Shown piece by piece: positions 21,070 through 21,696 of a DNA stretch of 21,696 bases; position 1 is the first letter of the stretch; each line of letters starts with the position of its first letter. Origin of the DNA: Octopus sinensis. Taxonomy: Eukaryota. Location of the stretch: contig NW_021823597.1 of assembly GCF_006345805.1 (NCBI RefSeq), forward strand, positions 1 to 21,696, read 5' to 3'. The translations under genes were made by a program, and so were the position numbers. The notes under the pieces were generated by a model. It worked only from the letters and a program-made list of their open reading frames with translations. It had not been told where the DNA came from and did not search any database.

Positions 21070-21610
21070 CATCATCATCATCATCACTATCATCGCCACC
21101 ATCATCATCATCATCATCATCATCATCTTCTTCTTCTTCTTCTTCTCATCTTTTTTCTTCTTCTTCTTCATCTTTTTTCTTCTTCTTCTTCTTCTTCTTC
21201 TTCTTCTTCTTCTTCTACTACTTTACTCTTCTTCTTCTTCTTTCTTCTTCTTCTTCTTCTTCTTCTTCCTCCTCCTCCTCCTCTTCCTCCTCCCTCTTTA
21301 GAATAACGATCATTTCCACCTTCGTCATTATCACTATCATCACCACCACCACCATCACCACCACCACACCACCACCACCACCACCACCACCACCAAACAC
21401 CATTACCATCATTATAATAATCATCATCTGCGCGATCATCAATTAACAAGTGCATTCACGACAAAAAAGAGCAAGAAGCAAGCAAGCAAGCAACAACAAC
21501 AAAAACAGAACCATAAACACATTAACGACGACGACACCACTACTATCAACAACATCCCCACCACCACCACCACCACTACCACCACCACCTCCACCACCAC
21601 CACCACCACC
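21070..21610 (+). repeat. Large compound trinucleotide array (CAT, CTT, CCT, CAC, AAT, CAA, GAC units)
   Basis: Read directly. Confidence 0.95.
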
Positions 21611-21696
21611 GTAACCTAACTAGTACTGTATAAATACATATTTAAACAACGTTTCTTCAAATTTTATTTTTAACAGCTTAAATGTAATTTAATTTT

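Larger units (their letters stand above)
1..21696. other. Non-coding, repeat-rich eukaryotic genomic DNA (intron or intergenic), probably a coleoid cephalopod (Octopus-like)
   Basis: No ORF with a recognisable protein; most ORFs are repeat translations. Very high microsatellite density. SINE sequences resemble Octopus families as I recall them (inference, not a search). Confidence 0.75.

Noticed and set aside
33-21455. All ORFs in the supplied track, including 9914-10624 (236 aa), 5977-6540 and 20950-21306
   Set aside because: Most are stop-free only because they cross simple repeats or pyrimidine tracts. No recognisable domain or supported exon structure.

Overview
AT-rich, extremely microsatellite-dense eukaryotic non-coding DNA, intronic or intergenic. 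No protein-coding gene can be supported: the listed ORFs are mostly translations of simple repeats (CV, HT, YI, LSIY, poly-H/L/S/P/E), and the rest are short and unrecognisable. The microsatellite style and the tRNA-headed SINE families resemble coleoid cephalopod (Octopus) DNA; this comes from recalled consensus sequences, not a database search. Supported content: (i) many compound di-, tri- and tetranucleotide arrays; (ii) two SINE families and a third dispersed repeat family, each in several cross-alignable copies; (iii) a 112-bp inverted repeat pair with 10 mismatches (9527-9638 / 12878-12989) and Tc1/mariner-like termini, spanning about 3.46 kb; (iv) three motifs shaped like minimal type I hammerhead ribozymes, as in Penelope-like elements, each with core substitutions, two of them sharing the atypical core C(U/C)GUGGA; (v) small tandem duplications and a few candidate cis-regulatory motifs. 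The hammerhead-like motifs and the inverted-repeat-bounded unit are the best leads. Neither can be shown to be novel or functional from sequence alone.
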